A stretch of DNA of 63,779 nucleotides, filler included, from Guillardia theta CCMP2712 (taxonomy: Eukaryota; Protista; Cryptophyta), in NCBI RefSeq assembly GCF_000315625.1. It is 8 parts of 8 records of this genome, joined end to end, with 100 filler letters (N's around TTAATTAATTAA, not from the genome) between each part and the next. Parts side by side here need not be neighbours in the genome. Positions count along the whole stretch, not along the records: positions 58,258 to 62,365 come from NW_005434123.1; positions 62,466 to 63,779 come from NW_005434586.1; 6 more parts are not named here. One strand, given 5' to 3'. Numbering within the stretch: the stretch's first letter is position 1; each line of letters begins with the position of its first letter. Position numbers and translations under genes: made by a program. Positions 58,702 to 63,779 of this stretch are shown one piece after another. The notes under the pieces are model-generated. The model was not told the DNA's origin. It searched no databases and was given only the letters and a program-made list of their open reading frames with translations.

Positions 58702-58899
58702 CCGTCGGACCGAGCGACAAGGCAGCGAGACTAGGAGAGCAGCAGAGCTCTGCAGGACTTTGAGGACGAGCGGTCAGGGACAGTAGTGCCCCGAGCCTGC
58801 AAGGTTGGAAGTCATCTTTGAGCTCTTAACGTGACTGCGGGGGCGCAATACATAGAGAAACAAGTTGAATGAGGCCTGAGGGGAGGGGCCGCTGACTCT

Positions 58900-59700
58900 A
58901 TTCAGCCATCATGGCAGCAGCGAACTGACACAGTTTGAGCCGTCTGAGCCTGAAGAGAAACTAACAAGGATCCCCCTAGTGACGGCGAGTGAAGCGGGAA
59001 GACTCAGAGGCTCAAGCAGAGACTCATGATTGTCGGAGCCACGGTTGAGCGGCGGGAGGCGCGCGGTCCGGGGATCGGCGGGGGGGCGCGCGGTCCGGGG
59101 ATCGGACTTTGGCACCGTACTGTACTACGGTACCCAGTGACGGTACGGTAGCCAGTGCGGCGGAGTCCCGGGGGCGGCCTGCCCGCCGCGGCCCGGGGAG
59201 TTGCCCAGCCGGTGACCGGCGTCACAGTCACTACGCCGCCGGGCCCCGGCGGCGTACAATAGTCCCTCCTAGGCTCCAGCGGTCGCCGTTTCTTAAGTTA
59301 CTATACTCAAAGTTAAGTTAATCATCAGTACGATAATGTTGATTATGCGCAGAACCATTCTCCCGCGCAATGCCAGCGATGTCCAGTGATCGCTGTGCCA
59401 GGCGGGCCGACGAGTCAGAGCGGGCGGCGGCCCGGCCCGGGAACTTGAACCGTCACTGAGTCAAGGTCCGTACCGTCTGGTCACCGTCCGCCGTCGCGGC
59501 CGGCCGGGTTCCGGGCCGGGGGGATCTTCGGAACTTAGTTCGGCGCCGGGGCCCGGGCCGTCCCGGACTCAGGGCCCGGATTCATGTTGCGGGCGCCCTC
59601 GGACACTCAAGTGACTATCAGCCTTAAACTTCAGTAAAGGATCCGAGACGGTGGTGGGTTTAGTTAGGGTTTAAGTTCAGTCCCACAAACAACTTTGAGA
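58900..59700. promoter_or_regulatory. CCGG-rich island with TATACTCAAAGTTAAGTT motif upstream of the RBR gene
   Basis: Motif at 59302 followed by ATCAGTACG, as at 4309. Confidence 0.35.
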
Positions 59701-60580
59701 CTCGGCTGGAAGGCAAGAGCGAGTTCCACTTGGATCTTCCTGGTACTACCCCCTACCCCCTACTTGTCCCCAGGATCGCTGCTTAGTTCTCCTTATTCTC
59801 TTGCCTATACTGGTTGATCTATCTCCTTGCGCTGAGTGCAAAAACACCCTACCTCCTTACCTTGCCTCAATCAACTACCTACCTCCCGTCTCTTCATACC
59901 CCCCACCCCTACATATCTCTCTCCCCACCCCTCTAGACCCACCATTTCTTACCTACAGATTCCCTCCTTCCTTGGTATATCCCCCAACCTGCTTCCCGCT
60001 CCAAGCAAACCCCCTGCTCGAGCTCCCTCCCTCTACATCTCCCTCCCTTCCCTATCTTCGGCTCTTCTTCAATCAAGATCTTCATAGCTCTCCTACTTGC
60101 ATTTGCGATCAGAAGACTCTTCCTCCTCCATGTCTGCTCCGAGCAGCTCCGAAACTCTGGCTTGTGATGCCAATGAAACGGNNNNNNNNNNNNNNNNNNN
60201 NNNNNNNNNNNNNNNNNNNNNNNNNNNNNNNNNNNNNNNNNNNNNNNNNNNNNNNNNNNNNNNNNNNNNNNNNNNNNNNNNNNNNNNNNNNNNNNNNNNN
60301 NNNNNNNNNNNNNNNNNNNNNNNNNNNNNNNNNNNNNNNNNNNNNNNNNNNNNNNNNNNNNNNNNNNNNNNNNNNNNNNNNNNNNNNNNNNNNNNNNNNN
60401 NNNNNNNNNNNNNNNNNNNNNNNNNNNNNNNNNNNNNNNNNNNNNNNNNNNNNNNNNNNNNNNNNNNNNNNNNNNNNNNNNNNNNNNNNNNNNNNNNNNN
60501 NNNNNNNNNNNNNNNNNNNNNNNNNNNNNNNNNNNNNNNNNNNNNNNNNNNNNNNNNNNNNNNNNNNNNNNNNNNNNNNN

Positions 60581-62365
60581 GGATGCAGCACCATAGTCGG
60601 CTACAACATCCAAGCTCTGCTCCTCATCTACGCTGACGATGAGCAAGCGCAGCGTCTGCTCAAGGCTCACGATAGCAAGAAGAGCAAGTACGACGCTTGG
60701 AAGTTGGGTCACCTGCCCTGCTTGTCCCCTTGCTGCCAGGCCGTCTCGAGGCTGGTGTTGATTGGACATGCGGCGAGCGAGGCTACGGTCAAGTGCGACA
60801 GCTGCATGGCCACCTACTGCGCTGCTTGCTCGATGGCGTCCGGAAGCTTGGTTCCCTCCCACATTCTCGTCGACTGCGAGCAGCGAGTCCTGACTGAGAG
60901 GGGTTGCGAGCTCTCGATCAGGTGTACGATGCGACGGGTGATGAGCTGAGACGAATGAGACTGCGCGACCCTCCCGCAGCGCTCAGACGGTACCCTCGCC
61001 CGCCGCCCGCCGCCCGCGACCCTCGCCCGCCCACAGTTGACGGCAGTCAAACGCATGTGGCGGCAGCAGACTCGAGGACGCAGGAGGTCGAGGCGCAAGG
61101 GACCGAGCAGGAAGACAGAGGCGCTGAAGCCCAGCAAGACCCCCGGCTGCGAGCACGACTACTTTGGATGGATCTGTACAGGGGGGAAGACCGACTGGAG
61201 GGCGAGGAACGCCTTGAGCTCCATGAACACGTGCGCTGGAGGATGAGGAGATTTGAGGAGGAAGGCGACTACGTGGACGAGGAGCTGCAGCAGACTATGC
61301 AAGGCATGCGAGACCGGCTCAGCAACATCAAGCGGAGGGAGGAGCTAGAGATCTCCGCCCTTTCCCGGCAGCTCCATGCTCGTCCTGCCGACAAGGTCGC
61401 CGTCGAACTGCTCGATGCGCGTCTGCGGATCGTCGAGCAGAAGCGTGAGCTGTTCGAGAGCACGCGACAGACGCTCGAGGGCATGATCCGCAACCCGGCG
61501 GTAGAGGACCCGCAGCACCGTGCTCCGCCGGAGGCGACGACGTCGCTGAGCCTTCAAGACATCCACAGCATGTGCGATAAAGCTTTTCTCACCTCCCTGA
61601 AGGCGAGGATTAGCAGGATCGCCAGCGGCGAAGAGCGCGAGGAGGCCCGAGCAGAGGCTCCCAGTGACCAGGAGGAGATCGCAAGGACCTCCAAGCCCTG
61701 TACCAAGTGCGGGTATCGCATCGTCAAGACGGGAGGATGCGACCACATGACGTGCAGGAAGTGCCGGCACGAGTTCTGCTGGAGGTGCCTCAAACCAACG
61801 ATCGACCACTTCCACAGCAGCTGTCAGGGGAAGCCAGACCTGCTGTCGTTCTCTGAGGAGCTACAGCCTGCCATCAAGGACGTCATCGACAAGTACCGCG
61901 GAGTCGAGTCGCCTATCGAGAGCAGCCTAGTCGAGTACGCGCACAGGCACTTGGCTCCCGGCCAGCCTGTCGACGAGGACAGGAAGAGAGCGGACTCGCA
62001 GCGGATCTCCGCAATGCTGGAGCGGCGCGAGCCCTTCATGCTCAGATACTTCGACCCCCGCGAGGTCAGACGCAGAGCGGAGATGAGGAGACTGCAGGAT
62101 ATGCAGCGGGAGGTTGAGCAAGAGAGGATCGCCTGCTCCTTTGTGCTCCGTCAAGTCCGCGACAGCAGTCGCAGCCCCATCAGCAAGGACGCAGCCCTCC
62201 GAGTCTGCTCGGACCCCTCCAAGCAGTACCTCAAGTACCGGGCCGCCAAGCGCAGCCTCTTGGACGCGCAGGAGAAGATGAGGAGGGAGACACGTGAAGC
62301 CCCGGCTGACTACGTCGAGCGTCAGCGCCGCATGATCGACTGTCAGTGCCACGTCATCGACGTGG
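60581..62365 (+). CDS. RBR-type E3 ubiquitin ligase (IBR and Rcat), apparent frameshift near 60900
   Basis: IBR CLSPCC...CDSC..YCAAC...H..DC; Rcat CTKC...GGCDHMTCRKCRHEFCWRC; RING1 presumably in the gap. Confidence 0.75.
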
Positions 62366-62829
62366 NNNNNNNNNNNNNNNNNNNNNNNNNNNNNNNNNNN
62401 NNNNNNNNNTTAATTAATTAANNNNNNNNNNNNNNNNNNNNNNNNNNNNNNNNNNNNNNNNNNNNGAGGAAAGGATAGGAGAGGAAGAGAGGGTAGAGGA
62501 GAGAAGAGGATGAGAGAACAAGGAAGAGGACGAATAAGGGGTTAGGGTTTAGGACACAGAGATAGGAGGGAGAAAGGGAGAGGGTGGGGAGGAGAGGGAG
62601 AGTGGAGAGGACAACGAGATCAGAAGAACAGAGAAGAAAGTGAGGGGGGAGGGAGATAAGTCAATTCTGGATAGGAGGAAACGAGCAGGCAAGTGCAGGG
62701 GCTAGCAGGGATGAAACCAGAGGAGAAAGAGAAACACTTTGAGATCAGCCAGGACAAGCTCACGATGGGGAAATGAACATTTGACACAGCTCGTTCCAAC
62801 ATCGTGGCCATCGGTTTCCTCCCTTCTCA

Positions 62830-63600
62830 GGCAGCTTCCTGACTTGGTTGTCCTCCTCCACGATCTCATCTGGGTGTGGTAGAGTATTTCGTCATCAGGG
62901 AAGTTTGGGATCGCGGCTGATGCAGCGGGAAACCTCCACCTCTTCAACTCCTCGGGGATGATCCTGGTCCTCCTTCCTCCGTCTTCCTCTCCCTCCACTC
63001 CACTCTACTCCACTCCTCTTTCCTCCCTCATCTCCTATCTTGTCTACCCCATTCAGTTCCCTCCCAACCCCCCGCCCTTAACCTCCTCCTCCCACTTGAC
63101 TCGAATCTCACATGTTGCCTTAGGCGTCTCATCCAACGGGACATGCAGGAGGAGCTTCTGCGTTGGCCATCGATCAGAAAGCTGTCGGGGACCTTAAGAT
63201 CGTGACGGCGAACAAGGAGGGAGAGGTGAGGAACGGGCAGCTGCTATGAGCATGCAGATTCTGCTCTCCTCCTCCTCCAACAGCTGGGGACTGATGGCGT
63301 GGAAGGTGCGGGTGCACGTGCTCAACGGCCCTCCGAGGGGTCGAAGGAGAGGAGCGAACAATGGTGAGGAGGGGGGAGGGGGCAGTGAGCATGAGGATCG
63401 GGAGCAGGTTGAAGGGCGAGAGGGAAGGAGACAGGCAGAGGGAGGGGAAGGGTGGAATGACGATGGAAGGAGCAGGGGGGAGGTTGCTGATGAAGAGGAG
63501 GAAGGGCGGGAGGAATGGGGTTGGAGGGAGGCAGTTGAGCTTCTGCTGATCTGGCTTCAGATTCCTTGATCGAGACTTCTGTATGGAAACCTCACTTTGA
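62830..63600 (+). CDS. Possible WD40/beta-propeller gene exons
   Basis: Exons SSSGKFGIAADAAGNLHLFN and GHAGGASALAID...IVTANKEGE with GT/AG ends. Confidence 0.3.
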
Positions 63601-63779
63601 GACTGCCCATGTCTGGTCACCAAGTGCCGTTCCTACTGTGAGAGAAACATCTCTCGTCCTCCTCCATCTTCTCCCTCCTCCTTCTTCTCCTCTCCTCCCC
63701 TCCTCCTGGCTACTCAATTCTCAACTCCTGCTCACTCCGTTCCTCCTCGCCTCCCTCCTTCTCCAACAACCATCATCAT

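Noticed and set aside
14581-62421. TTAATTAATTAA as a biological motif, and gene linkage across it
   Set aside because: Always centred in N runs, so an assembly linker; neighbourhood across these joins is not trustworthy
59655-62552. Telomere-like GGGTTTAG/GGGTTAGGG words at 59655 and 62538
   Set aside because: Only two or three degenerate units each

Overview
Eukaryotic nuclear draft-assembly window: short GT-AG introns, GC-rich exons, many simple repeats and N gaps. The sequence style suggests an alga, possibly a cryptophyte, but that is inference. Seven TTAATTAATTAA linkers inside N runs join contigs whose true adjacency is uncertain. Host genes: two divergent Zn2Cys6 transcription factors, a METTL21/23-like methyltransferase, a 2OG-Fe(II) oxygenase, a secreted TPR protein, ABCE1, an ARM-repeat fragment, an ADP-ribosyltransferase-ankyrin fusion, a beta-carbonic anhydrase and an RBR E3 ligase with a pseudogene copy. 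The 14.6-34.5 kb block is a mobile-element cluster. It holds an amplified family of stand-alone CENP-B/psq-type HTH genes, a defective chromodomain Ty3/Gypsy element whose LTRs sit in those HTH repeats, and a ~6-kb AT-rich, intronless endogenous Polinton-like virus fragment (~23415-29455). That fragment encodes a 1252-aa putative vOTU protease + PolB + SF1 helicase + HNH protein, a glutaredoxin, a SLATT-like 2-TM protein, an amphipathic small protein and a truncated penton, with conserved GGGGCT..AGCCCC hairpins after two genes. A CRE-like non-LTR retrotransposon with an inverted 5' part lies at 48.3-52.4 kb.
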